A stretch of DNA of 64,000 nucleotides from Macrostomum lignano. Lineage: Eukaryota. The position numbers were made by a program, and so were the translations under genes. Shown piece by piece: positions 1 to 13,696 of the stretch (positions are counted from its first letter, which is position 1; the number at the start of each line of letters is the position of its first letter). The stretch is from the NCBI GenBank assembly GCA_002269645.1, contig NIVC01000759.1, forward strand, positions 124,001 through 188,000. The letters run 5' to 3'. The notes beneath the pieces were generated by a model. The model searched no databases, was not told where the DNA came from, and saw only the letters and a program-made list of their open reading frames with translations.

Positions 1-950
1 CACCCAGACCTCTGTTGACCCATTATTGACCTCCCTGATGACCCACCAAGATCTCTGTTGACCCATTATTGACCTCCCTGATAACCCACCGAAGACCTCT
101 GTTGATTCATTATTGACCTCCCTGATGACCCACCCAGATCTCTGTTGACCCATTATTGACCTCCCTGATGATCCACCCAAGACCTCTGTTGACCCATTAT
201 TCATCTCCCTGATAACCCACCCAAGATCTCTGTTGATTCATTATTGACCTCCCTGGTGACCCACCCAAGACCTCTGTTGATTCATTATTGACCTCCCTGA
301 TGACCCACCCAGATCTCTGTTGACCCATTATTGACCTCCCTGATGACCCACCCAGATCTCTGTTGATTCATTATTGACCTCCCTGATGATCCACCCAGAT
401 CTCTGTTGATTCATTATTGACCTCCCTGATAACCCACCGAAGACCTCTGTTGATTCATTATTGACCTCCCTGATGACCCACCCAGATCTCTGTTGACCCA
501 TTATTGACCTCCCTGATGATCCACCCAAGACCTCTGTTGATTCATTATTGACCTCCCTGATGATCCACCCAGATCTCTGTTGATTCATTATTGACCTCCC
601 TGATGACCCACCCAGATCTCTGTTGATTCATTATTGACCTCCCTGATGATCCACCAAGATCTCTGTTGACCCATTATTGACCTCCCTGATGATCCACCCA
701 AGACCTCTGTTGACCCATTATTCATCTCCCTGATAACCCACCCAAGACCTCTGTTGATTCATTATTGACCTCCCTGATGACCCACCCAGATTTCTGTTGA
801 CCCATTTTTGACCTCTCTGATGACTCACCCAGACTTCTGTTGACCCATTTTTGACCTCTGTTGACCCATTTTTGACCTCTGATGACCGACCCAGACCTCT
901 GTTGACCCATTTTTGACCTCTGCTGACCCACCCCAGACCTCCATGCTGAC
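1..950. repeat. Tandem minisatellite, ~43-44 bp unit (CACCCAGATCTCTGTTGACCCATTATTGACCTCCCTGATGACC), probably in an upstream intron of the V-ATPase gene
   Basis: Unit read directly; minus-strand ORFs repeat every 29 aa (87 bp, two units); array decays after ~800. Confidence 0.95.
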
Positions 951-1274
951 TCACCCCTGACCTCCCTTCTGACCCACCCCTGACCTCTCTGCTTTCAGTA
1001 ATTAATAAGTCATATCGCAGCTATGTAAATTGCATTTATCAGTGATTTTTTGACAGTTTGATCTGACAAACCGTGAATTCGCATCCTATGTTGACTATGA
1101 TTATAAGCCCACCATTGCTTTATATCGAAGCCGCGTTTTAATGCTATTTAATGCCCTGTGCAGACCGGAGACTTTTCAACCTGTGATTTTCCTGTTACAC
1201 TGAATAAGAAAAGCTGGGGTTTCCGGCGCACCGGAAGTTAACTGGAAGCTGCGGCCTCGCCGGTGATCCCGCAG

Positions 1275-4200
1275 ATTCTTGGCCGGAGTGCTGCTTCGGG
1301 AGCGCCTGCCGGCCTTCGAGCGGATGCTCTGGCGCGTCTGCAGGGGCAACGTCTTCCTCAAGCAGGCCGACATTGACGTGCCGCTGGAGGACCCGGCCTC
1401 CGGTGACGAGGTGCTCAAGGCCGTTTTCATCGTGTTCTTCCAAGGCGACCAGCTCAAGAGCCGCGTGAAGAAGATCTGCGAGGGCTTCAGGGCCAGCCTG
1501 TACCCCTGCCCAGACAGCCAGGCTGAGCGCAGGGAGATGGCCATCTCCGTGATGACCCGCATCGAGGACCTCAACACCGTGCTCAACACCACCGTTGACC
1601 ACCGTCGCCGGCTGCTCATGTCGGCCGCCAAGAACCTGCGGCTCTGGTTCATCAAGGTCGGCAAGATCAAGGCCATCTACCACACGCTAAACATGTTCAA
1701 CGTTGAGGCCACCAGCAAGTGCCTCATTGGCGAGGCCTGGTGCGCGGTTGACGATCTGGACAAAATTCACCTGGCTCTGCGCAGGTGAGACTGCTCATTA
1801 ATCTGTGTCATGATTGCGCACCAGCTACTGTTAGTAGTGCAGTACAGTGTACAAATATGCGCACCAGCTACTGTCAGTAGTGCAGTACAGTGTACAAATA
1901 TGCGCACCAGCTACTGTCAGTAGTGCAGTACAGTGTACAAATATGCGCACCAGCTACTGTCAGTAGTGCAGTACAGTGTACAAATATGCGCACCAGCTAC
2001 TGTTAGTAGTGCAGTACAGTGTTTGGTGTACTAATGTGCGCACAAGCTACTGTCAGTAGTCCAGTACAGTGTATAGTGTACTAATGTGCGCACCAGCTAC
2101 TGTCAGTAGTGCAGTACAGTGTATAGTGTACTAATGTGCGCACAAGCTACTGTCAGTAGTCCAGTACAGTGTATAGTGTACTAATGTGCGCACCAGCTAC
2201 TGTCAGTAGTGCAACAGTGCCTGGCCGCCCATCCCGCAGAGGCACAGAGCGGGCCGGAAGCTCGGTGCCGCCCATCCTGAACCGGATGACCACCCGGGAG
2301 GCGCCGCCGACCTACTTCCGCGTCAACAAGCTGACGGTCGGCTTCCAGAACATCATCGACGCGTACGGCGTGGCCTCCTACCGCGAGGCGAACCCCACGC
2401 CATTCGCCGTCATCACCTTCCCGTTCCTCTTTGCCGTGATGTACGGCGACTTCGGGCACGGCGCCCTGATGTTCCTGGCGGCGCTGTGGATGGTGCTGCG
2501 CGAGCGCCAGCTGGCGCCCACCACCAAGGCCTCGGAGATCTGGGCCACCTTCTTCAACGGCCGCTACATCATCCTGCTGATGGGCCTGTTCTCCGTCTAC
2601 ACTGGCCTCATCTATAACGATGTGTTCTCGCACTCGGTGAACATCTTCGGCTCCGGCTGGAGCGTCAAGGGCCAGTTCAGCAACATGAGCATTGACCAGG
2701 TCGCTGTGGAGCTTCGCAATCACGAAAGCCTGCAGCTGAACCCCAACTCATCCGATGCCAAAGCCTGGCAGGGAAATCCCTACCCGTTTGGCCTGGATCC
2801 CATCTGGCAGGTGAGCGGGGCTCAGGTGTCTGCAGCTGGTGTGTCTGCAGCTGGTGTGTCTGCAGCCGGGGTGTCTGCAGCTGGGGTGTCTGCAGCTGGG
2901 GTGTCTGCAGCTGCGGTGTCTGCAGCTGGGGTGTTTGTAGCTGTGGTGTCTGCAGCTGGGGTGTCTGCAGCTGGGGTGTCTGTAGCTGTGGTGTCTGTAG
3001 CTGTGGTGTCTGTAGCTGGGGTGTCTGTAGCTGGGGTGTCTGTAGCTGGGATGTCTGCAGCTGAGGGTTGTCTGCAGCTGAGGGTTGTCTGCAGCTGGGA
3101 TGTCTGCAACTGGGTGTCTGCAGCTGGGACGTCTGCAGCTGGGTGTCTGCAGCTGGTGGGTGCCGTGACTGAAGCGACCCCTTACCCTCTCGCACACAGG
3201 TGTCGGTGAACAAGATAACCTTCAGCAACACGATCAAGATGAAGGCCTCCGTGGTGCTGGGCGTCATCCACATGGTTTTTGGCGTGTGCGTCGGCCTCAC
3301 CAACCACCTGTACAGACGGGATTTCTTGTCCGTGATTGGCGAGTTTGTGCCGCAGCTGCTGTTCATGATGGCCATGTTCGGCTACCTGGTGATCCTCATT
3401 GTGTACAAGTGGATCGCCTATTCCGGGCAAAACAGCAACTGCGCCCCCAACCTGCTTATTGGTGAGTCTGGGCTGTCTGCGACCCTGTCAGAGACTGTAT
3501 ATGACCCTGTCAGAGACTGTATATGACCCTGTCAGAGACTGTATGACCCTGTCAGAGACTGTATGACCCTGTCAGAGACTGTATATGACCCTTTCAGAGA
3601 CTGTATATGACCCTGTCAGAGACTGTATATGACCCTGTCAAAGACTGTATATGACCCTTTCAGAGACTGTATATGACCTTGTCAGAGACTGTATATGACC
3701 CTGTCAGAGACTGTATATGACCCTGTCAGAGACTGTATATGACCCTGTCAGAGACTGCGTATGACCTTGTCAGAGACTGTATATGACCCAGTCAGAGACT
3801 TGTATGACCCTGTCAGAGACTTGTATGACCCTGTCAGAGACTGTATATGACCCAGTCAGAGATTGTATATGAAACTGTCAGAGATTGTATATGAAACTGT
3901 CAAGGACTGTATATGACCCAGTCAGAGACTTGTATGACCCAGTCGGAGACTTGTATGACCCTGTCAGAGACTGTGTATGACCCTGTCAGAGACTATATGA
4001 CCCTGTCAGAGACTGTATATGAAACTGTCAAAGACTGTATATGATACTGTCAGAGACTGTATATGACCCTGTCAGAGATTGTATATGAAACTGTCAAGGA
4101 CTGTATATGATACTGTCAGAGACTGTATATGACCCTGTCAGAGATTGTATATGAAACTGTCAGAGATTGTATATGAAACTGTCAAGGACTGTATATGAAA

Positions 4201-6394
4201 CTGTCAGAGACTGTATATGACCCAGTCAGAGACTTGTATGACCCAGTCGGAGACTTGTATGACCCTGTCAGAGACTGTGTATGACCCTGTCAGAGACTAT
4301 ATGACCCTGTCAGAGACTGTATATGAAACTGTCAAAGACTGTATATGATACTGTCAGAGACTGTATATGACCCTGTCAGAGATTGTATATGAAACTGTCA
4401 AGGACTGTATATGATACTGTCAGAGACTGTATATGACCCTGTCAGAGATTGTATATGAAACTGTCAGAGATTGTATATGAAACTGTCAAGGACTGTATAT
4501 GAAACTGTCAGAGACTGTATATGACCCTGTCAGAGATTGTATATGAAACTGTCAAGGACTGTATATGAAACTGTCAAAGACTGTATATGATACTGTCAGA
4601 GACTGTATATGACCCTGTCAGAGATTGTATATGAAACTGTCAAGGACTGTATATGATACTGTCAGAGACTGTATATGACCCTGTCAGAGATATGTATATG
4701 AAACTGTCAGAGATTGAATATGAAACTGTCAAGGACTGTATATGATTCTGTCAGAGACTGTATATGACCCTGTCAGAGATTGTATATGAAACTGTCAAGG
4801 ACTGTATATGAAACTGTCAAAGACTGTATATGATACTGTCAGAGACTGTATATGACCCTGTCAGAGATTGTATATGAAACTGTCAAGGACTGTATATGAA
4901 ACTGTCAAAGACTGTATATGATACTGTCAGAGACTGTATATGACCCTGTCAGAGATTGTATATGAAACTGTCAAGGACTGTATATGATACTGTCAGAGAC
5001 TGTATATGACCCTGTCAGAGACTGTATATGAAACTGTCAGACTGTACATGGTTCTGTTAGAGCCTGTAAGTCACTGGCAGATTTTATTAACAGCTGTCCG
5101 AAAGTGCATAATGGTTGCCATGCAAATGCAGGGCAGTCAATTGCATACAATTCCATGCAAACACGCTACTGACAGTAGTTGACTTCGCCATCGCCACCCC
5201 TTGCCAGGCCTCATCAACATGTTCCTAGTCAAGTACCAAGATCCGCCAGAGAACTGCGATGTGATTTACCACGGCTACAAGCCTGTGCAGATCGTACTGC
5301 TCCTGCTCATCGTCATCTGCGTGCCCTGGATGCTGCTTACCAAGCCGCTGGTGCTCCGCGCCAGGCACAAGAACCGGCAGCACCAGCACCAGCTGCGCGG
5401 CCCGCCCGCCGCCACCCCGGTCGGCGACCAGACTGAGGTGACCCATCACCAGACCGTCGATATGGCTGGCCAACACGGAGCCGAGGAGGAGGAAGAAGTG
5501 AGGCTCTCCAATTCTCAGTTGCTGGGCCAGCCTCCCAGATCCTCAGTTGCTGGGCCAGCCTCCCAGTTCCTCAGTTGCTGGTCCAGCCTCCCAGATCCTC
5601 AGTTGCTGGGCCAGCCTCCCAGATCCCCAGTTGCTGGGCCAGCCTCCCAGATCCTCAGTTGCTGGGCCAGCCTCCCAGATCCTCAGTTGCTGGGCCAGCC
5701 TCCCAGATCCTCAGTTGCTGGGCCAGCCTCCCAGATCCTCAGTTGCTGGGCCAGCCTCCCAGATCCTCAGTTGCTGGGCCAGCCTCCCAGATCCCCAGTT
5801 GCTGGGCCAGCCTCCCAGATCCCCAGTTGCTGGGCCAGCCTCCCAGATCCTCAGTTGCTGGGCCAGCCTCCCAGTTCCTCAGTTGCTGGGCCAGCCTCCC
5901 AGATCCCCAGTTGCTGTGCCAGCCCTCAGGGCCCGAAGCTTTAAATTGCAAGATCTTACAGTTTCGAATTCCCCAATAAAGCGGTTTGGAGTCTGTCACA
6001 TCCGCTCTACCGCCCGCAGTTTGACATCGGCGAGATCTTCGTGCACCAGACGATCCACACGATCGAGTACTGCCTGGGCTGCATCTCCAACACGGCCAGC
6101 TACCTGCGCCTGTGGGCCCTGTCCCTGGCCCACGCCCAGCTGTCCGAGGTGCTGTGGACCATGGTGCTGGCCATCGGGCTCAAGCAGGAGGGCTTCGTCG
6201 GCTCCGTCATGCTGTTCTTCGTGTTCTTCTTCTGGGCCGTGCTGACTGTCTGCGTGCTGCTGCTGATGGAGGGCCTCTCCGCCTTCCTGCACGCGCTGCG
6301 CCTGCACTGGGTGGAGTTCATGAACAAGTTCTACCAGGGCGAGGGCCACAAGTTCGAGCCCTTCAATTTCAACTCTGTGGAGCCGGACGCCTGA
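1275..6394 (+). CDS. ATP6V0A: V-type H+-ATPase V0 subunit a, 3' part; exons 1275-1784, 2240-2810, 3200-3461, 5208-5497, 6020-6394; 5' exons lie outside the window
   Basis: Family motifs [89 protein letters not shown]. All four introns are GT-AG with compatible phases. TGA at 6392-6394. Confidence 0.96.
1816..2213. repeat. Intronic minisatellite, 43/53 bp unit containing the palindrome CTACTG-T-CAGTAG
   Basis: Read directly inside V-ATPase intron 1785-2239. Confidence 0.93.
2826..3155. repeat. Intronic minisatellite, 15 bp unit GTGTCTGCAGCTGGG
   Basis: Read directly inside intron 2811-3199. Confidence 0.93.
3481..5050. repeat. Intronic minisatellite, 22 bp unit GACCCTGTCAGAGACTGTATAT with variant units and higher-order structure
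   Basis: Read directly inside intron 3462-5207. Confidence 0.95.
5512..5925. repeat. Intronic minisatellite, 28 bp unit GCTGGGCCAGCCTCCCAGATCCTCAGTT
   Basis: Read directly inside intron 5498-6019; the ORFs repeat every 28 aa (3 units). Confidence 0.95.
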
Positions 6395-6640
6395 GGCCCC
6401 TCGAGCTGCTTTGGTAGATGCGACTGGCTGACTGTTTCCTAAGACTGTGTTGGGTTATGAGAACAAAGACTTGAGGCTATTTTTAAACTATATTTATCCA
6501 CACTGGGTGTTGTGCGTCAGGTTCCGGTCTTGAGTTTTGTCATTATTATTCAGTTATTTTTGCACTTGGATGTTTTCTAATTTATATTTAGCCCGCGTGT
6601 GTTGGAACTTGAAGTTTGGGGTCAGACTGGAGCTTGTAGT

Positions 6641-8316
6641 GTGTCAGACCTATATGGTTAGTGTCAGACCCATATGTTTAGTATCAGGCCCATATGGTTA
6701 GTGTCAGACCCATATGGTTAGTGTCAGACCTATATGGTTAGTGTCAGACCCATATGTTTAGTATCAGGCCCATATGGTTAGTGTCAGACCCATATGGTTA
6801 GTGTCAGACCTATATGGTTAGTGTCAGACCCATATGGTTAGTGTCAGACCCATATGATTAGTGTCAGACCCATATGGTTAGTGTCAGACCCATATGGTTA
6901 GTGTCAACCCCATATGGTTAGTGTCAGACCCATATGGTTAGTGTCAGACCCATATGGTTAGTGTCAGACCCATATGGTTAGTGTCAGACCCATATGGTTA
7001 GTGTCAAACCCATATGGTTAGTGTCAGACCCATATGGTTAGTGTCAGACCCATATGGTTAGTGTCAGACCCATATGATTAGTGTCAGACCCATATGGTTA
7101 GTGTCAGACCCATATGGTTAGTATCAGACCCATATGGTTAGTGTCAGACCCATATGGTTAGTGTCAGACCCATATGGTTAGTGTCAACCCCATATGGTTA
7201 GTGTCAGACCCATATGGTTAGTGTCAGACCCATATGGTTAGTGTCAACCCCATATGGTTAGTGTCAGACCCATATGGTTAGTGTCAGACCCATATGGTTA
7301 GTGTCAGACCCATATGGTTAGTGTCAGACCCATATGGTTAGTGTCAACCCCATATGGTTAGTGTCAGACCCATATGGTTAGTGTCAGACCCATATGGTTA
7401 GTGTCAGACCCATATGGTTAGTGTCAGACCCATATGGTTAGTGTCAGACCCATATGGTTAGTGTCAGACCCATATGGTTAGTGTCAGACCCATATGGTTA
7501 GTGTCAGACCCATATGGTTAGTGTCAGACCCATATGGTTAGTGTCAGACCCATATGGTTAGTGTCAGACCCATATGGTTAGTGTCAGACCCATATGGTTA
7601 GTGTCAGACCCATATGGTTAGCGTCAGACCCATATGGTTAGTGTCAGACCCATATGGTTAGTGTCAGACCCATATGGTTAGTGTCAGACCCATATGGTTA
7701 GCGTCAGACCCATATGGTTAGTGTCAGACCCATATGGTTAGTGTCAGACCCATATGGTTAGTGTCAGACCCATATGGTTAGTGTCAGACCCATATGGTTA
7801 GTGTCAGACCCATATGGTTAGTGTCAGACCCATATGGTTAGTGTCAGACCCATATGGTTAGTGTCAGACCCATATGGTTAGTGTCAGACCCATATGGTTA
7901 GTGTCAGACCCATATGGTTAGTGTCAGACCCATATTGTTAGTGTCAGACCCATATGGTTAGTGTCAGACCCATATGGTTAGTGTCAGACCCATATGGTTA
8001 GTGTCAGACCCATATGGTTAGTGTCAGACCCATATGGTTAGTGTCAGACCCATATGGTTAGTGTCAGACCCATATGGTTAGTGTCAGACCCATATGGTTA
8101 GTGTCAGACCCATATGGTTAGTGTCAGACCCATATGGTTAGTGTCAGACCCATATGGTTAGTGTCAGACCCATATGGTTAGTGTCAGACCCATATGGTTA
8201 GTGTCAAACCCATATGGTTAGTGTCAGACCCATATGGTTAGTGTCAAACCCATATGGTTAGTGTCAGACCCATATGGTTAGTGTCAGACCCATATGGTTA
8301 GTGTCAAGCCCATATG
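6641..8316. repeat. Highly homogeneous 20 bp satellite GTGTCAGACCCATATGGTTA, ~80 copies, downstream of the V-ATPase stop
   Basis: Read directly; each unit contains the palindrome CCATATGG. Confidence 0.97.
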
Positions 8317-8871
8317 TGTCAGGTTATGTGTTCAAGTGTCAGACGCATAGCGGCAGTTTCAATTCCCCAGCTCGTTACTTGGTCAAAATCAATCGTGTTA
8401 AACTCTCTCTCTCTGAAATGAAATTTTGCTGTCAGTTGTCTTCTGTCTGTCCCAGTGGCCCCAGTGCTTATTCAGTTGATTATTTGATTGAAATTTCCTC
8501 AATAATCCCCGTTTGTGTGTTTAATTATTCTGATTTACTCAAATACGGACGATTGATTGACTCCCTGACTCGCAAATTTAATCCAATTTTTCAGTTCCTC
8601 GTGTTTCAATCGCTTCCTCCGAAATTGCGCTGTTAAAATCCTTTGTGAAGCCCTAAAATATTTATTCACATATCTATTGTGATCTTTTGGTGTTCCAGCA
8701 TTCACTAAATATTAGAATATTTAATTAAATTATTATTTGTCATTACTATATTGATGTCAGCGTCTGTGCCAGTGTCTTAGCAAACTTTCTGCAATTTCAA
8801 CCGTTTCTTGCTTATTTATAAACTTTCTTTGCAGATTGGCGTGACTCAATAGTTTTTTCACAAGCTCTGCG

Positions 8872-9622
8872 GTGAACAGCCTGAGAATCAGGGTTGGCAG
8901 TGTGAGCTGCAGTGGGTTAGTATTTTGTGAATCAGGGTTGGCAGTGTGAGCTGCAGTGGGTGAGCAGGTTGTGAATCAGGGTTGGCAGTGTGAGCTGCAG
9001 TGGGTGAGCAGGTTGTGAATCAGGGTTGGCAGTGTGAGCTGCAGTGGGTGAGCAGCCTGAGAATCAGGGTTGGCAGTGTGAACTGCAGTGGGTGAGCATT
9101 TTGTGAATCAGGGTTGGCATTGTGAGCAGCCTGAGAATCAGGGTTGGCAGTGTGAGCTGCAGTGGGTGAGCAGGTTGTGAATCAGGGTTGGCATTGTGAG
9201 CAGCCTGAGAATCAGGGTTGGCAGTGTGAACTGCAGTGGGTGAGCATTTTGTGAATCAGGGTTGGCATTGTGAGCAGCCTGAGAATCAGGGTTGGCAGTG
9301 TGAGCTGCAGTGGGTGAGCATTTTGTGAATCAGGGTTGGCATTGTGAGCAGCCTGAGAATCAGGGTTGGCAGTGTGAGCTGCAGTGGGTGAGCAGGTTGT
9401 GAATCAGGGTTGGCAGTGTGAGCTGCAGTGGGTGAGCATTTTGTGAATCAGGGTTGGCAGTGTGAGCTGCAGTGGGTGAGCAGCCTGAGAATCAGGGTTG
9501 GCAGTGTGAACTGCAGTGAGTGAGCAGGTTGAGAATCAGGGTTGGCAGTGTGAGCTGCAGTGAGTGAGCATTTTGTGAATTTGGGTTGGCAGTGTGAGCT
9601 GCAGTGGGTGAGCAGCCTGAGA
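8872..9622. repeat. Minisatellite, ~44 bp unit GAATCAGGGTTGGCAGTGTGAGCTGCAGTGGGTGAGCAGGTTGT with shorter variants
   Basis: Read directly. Confidence 0.93.
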
Positions 9623-10158
9623 ATTTAAAAAGATTGATCAGAAAAGAAAGCAAGCCATTTCAAATTTGGAATCGGAAAGATTTTGCCGAAGTGCATAAGT
9701 TTGTCTTCATTGTATTGAGCAGTTCAATGTGTCTTGGATGGGCCATCGGAGGGGGTGGCACGAGGCTCGCACGGTGCATTAAAAATCACAGCAAAAGGTG
9801 GTTCGCAGCAGCAGAAATTCATGCAAAGCAGTGTTGAAACAGACAGCGCAGTGGAAACAAACAGAATAAAAAATTGAATTATGAACGCATCAACCCATTG
9901 GCGTCTTTACGGCATAGCAACAAAGATATTTGTAAATATTTTCATAACAGCATTTTTGTATCCAAAGCCAAAGCCGTCGTTGCTGCACAGGTGAAATTGC
10001 CATCGTTTTACGACGTAATGTGAATTGACAAAATATAATAGAAGTCAGAAAGAAGACCCGCACAAACTGGCACTGAGAGTTCTTACAAATAAGTTCTGGA
10101 GTCTGAATTTCTGGATCAGGGACCGGCCTTGGGCCAGAGACTGTTTGTTGATCACAAT

Positions 10159-11603
10159 CTGGGGCCAGAGGGTCTGGGATCGGAGGGTTTATGTCAGTCA
10201 GAGTCAGAGAGGGTCTGGGATCTGGGATCGGAGGGTTTATGTCAGAGTCTGGAGTCTGAGGGTCTGGGTCAGAGTCTGGGATCGGAGGTCTGGGTCAGAG
10301 TCTGGGATCGGAGGTCTGGGTCAGAGTCTGGGATCGGAGGTCTGGGTCAGAGTCTGGGATCGGAGGTCTGGGTCAGAGTCTGGGATCGGAGGTCTGGGTC
10401 AGAGTCTGGGATCGGAGGTCTGGGTCAGAGTCTGGGATCGGAGGTCTGGGTCAGAGTCTGGGAACGGAGGTCTGGGTCAGAGTCTGGGATCGGAGGTCTG
10501 GGTCAGAGTCTGGGATCGGAGGTCTGGGTCAGAGTCTGGGATCGGAGGTCTGGGTCAGAGTCTGGGATCGGAGATCTGGGTCAGAGTCTGGGATCGGAGG
10601 TCTGGGTCAGAGTCTGGGATCGGAGGTCTGGGTCAGAGTCTGGGATCGGAGGTCTGGGTCAGAGTCTGGGATCGGAGGTCTGGGTCAGAGTCTGGGATCG
10701 GAGGTCTGGGTCAGAGTCTGGGATCGGAGGTCTGGGTCAGAGTCTGGGATCGGAGGTCTGGGTCAGAGTCTGGGATCGGAGGTCTGGGTCAGAGTCTGGG
10801 ATCGGAGGTCTGGGTCAGAGTCTGGGAACGGAGGTCTGGGTCAGAGTCTGGGATCGGAGGTCTGGGTCAGAGTCTGGGATCGGAGGTCTGGGTCAGAGTC
10901 TGGGATCGGGGTCTGGGTCAGAGTCTGGGATCGGAGATCTGGGTCAGAGTCTGGGATCGGAGGTCTGGGTCAGAGTCTGGGATCGGAGGTCTGGGTCAGA
11001 GTCTGGGATCGGAGGTCTGGGTCAGAGTCTGGGATCGGAGGTCTGGGTCAGAGTCTGGGATCGGAGGTCTGGGTCAGAGTCTGGGATCGGAGGTCTGGGT
11101 CAGAGTCTGGGATCGGAGGTCTGGGTCAGAGTCTGGGATCGGAGGTCTGGGTCAGAGTCTGGGATCGGAGGTCTGGGTCAGAGTCTGGGAACGGAGGTCT
11201 GGGTCAGAGTCTGGGATCGGAGGTCTGGGTCAGAGTCTGGGATCGGGGTCTGGGTCAGAGTCTGGGATCGGAGGTCTGGGTCAGAGTCTGGGATCGGAGG
11301 TCTGGGTCAGAGTCTGGGATCGGGGTCTGGGTCAGAGTCTGGGATCGGAGGTCTGGGTCAGAGTCTGGGATCGGAGGTCTGGGTCAGAGTCTGGGATCGG
11401 AGGTCTGGGTCAGAGTCTGGGATCGGAGGTCTGGGTCAGAGTCTGGGATCGGAGGTCTGGGTCAGAGTCTGGGATCGGAGGTCTGGGTCAGAGTCTAGGA
11501 TCGGAGGTCTGGGTCAGAGTCTGGGATCGGGGGTCTGGGTCAGAGTCTGGGATCGGAGGTCTGGGTCAGAGTCTGGGATCGGAGGTCTGGTTCAGAGTCT
11601 GGG
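10159..11603. repeat. Minisatellite, 26 bp unit GGTCTGGGTCAGAGTCTGGGATCGGA
   Basis: Read directly; the 576- and 512-aa ORFs are 26-aa periodic translations of it. Confidence 0.97.
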
Positions 11604-12661
11604 GTCAGTCTGTGGTCATGCATGTACATGTAAGCGGGACATTTTGGGTTTCTCCAGAGAGGTCTAAAGAAACAATTCGCCCAGCTGCAGAGGAAAAATC
11701 ACGCTCAGTCTCAGTTTCTGTGGCACGCAGCGGCAGTCGCAGATTTGCTTGGTAAAATTGGAAAATAATAATCTAATTATTCTTGGTCAACTTAAGCAAC
11801 AGACAGAAGTTGGAGGGAGAAATGATGAGGCAACAGAGGCTGAAGGGAATTCTCCAGCCGCGGTGATCAGCGGCGGGACGCCACCGACCTCGAGGCTGAG
11901 GCGAACAGGCGGTGCGCGGCGCTGCTGGGGCGGCTGGGCAGGTGGGCGGGGCCGCGGCTGCTGCCGCTGACGACGGCCGACACGGCGGAGCGTCCGGGGC
12001 TGCGGGAATTTTATGAATATTTGGGTTGAATTCGTTTCATAATGCGGACAGAGTTCACACTACACTACTGATGCAGTAGCGATGCGTGAGTTTGCAATGA
12101 TATATTTGCTGCGTAATTTTGATAATCAGTCAATTAATGGTCGAATCTTGGGCGACAATGTCCCAGCGAAAAAAACCATGTATTAAGCAACCAAGCAATG
12201 GATAAATAAATGAATACGAGTACACAAGCCATTTATCAGTCAGTCAGTCAGTCGGTGCTAAGCTAGCAAGTGTCTGCAGTCACAGATTAGAGAATGAAAC
12301 GCTCCATCAGTCAAGTGTGGCGTGCAAGTTTGAACCAAACAAATACATTGTAAGACTGACGTGCACAAGAAACAGGTAATTGAAAATCAAAATCAGGATT
12401 AAAAAGCAGAAATCAAAGCTTTCAAAAGAATAGAAATTTTCCAGATCAAAACTTTACCGGCAATGTGTTTCAATTTTTTAGAATTTCTAGGAAATCGCGC
12501 AGCGCAAACTCTAATCATTGTATTTACTGAGCGGTTTGAGAAAAAACCTTTGAGTCCAGGCCGGCCGACCGAGATTGCTTAGAAGGACAACCTATTGATG
12601 GAGAGGTACGAAGTTTCGCTCCGCAGGAGACTGGGAAATCTGAAATTAGCCGCGTGCATTG

Positions 12662-13120
12662 GCCTCTGGCTTTGGCTTTGGCTTTGGCTTTGGCTTTGGC
12701 TTTGGCTTGGCTTTGGCTTTGGCCTTGGTTGGCTTTACTCGTAGCTCTGGCTCTGGCTTTGGCTTTGGCTCTGGCTCCGGCTTTGGCTTTGGCTTTTGCT
12801 TGGCTTTGGCTTTGGCTTTGGCTTTGGCTTTGGCTTTGGCTTTGGCTCTGGCTTTTGCTTTGGCTTTGGCTTTGGCTCTGGTTTTGGCTCTGGCTCTGAC
12901 TTTGGCTCTGGCTTTGGCTCTGGCTTTGGCCTTGGCTTTGGCTTTGGCTCTGGCTTTGGCTTGGCTTTGGCTTTGGCTTTGGCTTGGCTTTGGCTTTGGC
13001 TTTGGCTTCGACTCTGGCCTTTGCTTTGGCTTTGGCTTTGGCTTGGCTTTGGCTTGGCTTTGGCTTGGCTTTGGCTTTGGCTTTGGCTTTGGCTTGGCTT
13101 AGGCTTGGCTTTGGCTTTGG
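12662..13120. repeat. Degenerate hexamer microsatellite (GGCTTT/GGCTCT/GGCTT)n
   Basis: Read directly. Confidence 0.95.
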
Positions 13121-13696
13121 TTTTCTCACTCTCCCGCCGCGACTCTTGGTTTGATTCCGCGCGGCCAGGAGGTTTTGCGGTTCTCGCACATAATTAGGGA
13201 CAGCCCCCGAGGCACACAGAGTGCACATGCCTGACGATTTGAAAGTCAGGGCCGCTGTACACCCGTGTGAGCAAAGCCTGTGCTCGGGAGTCAGGGGAAT
13301 GGGCAGAATTGCCTCAGCGCTGGCTGTGGGCGGGTGTTGCACCAGGATGCCCGCAGCCCTCCTGTGAACATTGCTGATCTCATTTCGAAAACTTTGTTTG
13401 AACTCAAACTTTCAAGTTCGAGCTGGTTAATAGCACTCATGACGCAGGTTCATCAAACAAAAGTTAGTCATAGCGGCAAATCTTGGATCAAATAAATCTT
13501 GCGGGTTAGTCACGACAGAGCCAGCGTGTTATTAGCGAGACCTTAGGCGGCATACTTACATTACAGTGTAAGGGTTTGGAGGGCTTGGCTGGGGGGCTGC
13601 TTCTGGCCCAGCCCTACATGGCTATGAGACGGATGGGACTCGATTTCCTGAAATATTTTTGTTGTCAGTATGCAAAATTCGACACTGAACAACTAG

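Noticed and set aside
1176-6417. Antisense and alternate-frame ORFs over V-ATPase exons (also over FEZ, RTE and the channel exons)
   Set aside because: Expected shadows of GC3-rich coding sequence; no independent motifs.
10025-11755. 576- and 512-aa ORFs resembling Gly/Ser-rich structural proteins
   Set aside because: They are translations of a 26-bp satellite whose unit lacks stops and is not a multiple of 3; several frames are open and there is no unique domain.
12662-13120. Interstitial telomere (TTAGGC-like)
   Set aside because: The dominant unit is TTTGGC/TCTGGC; TTAGGC occurs only once.
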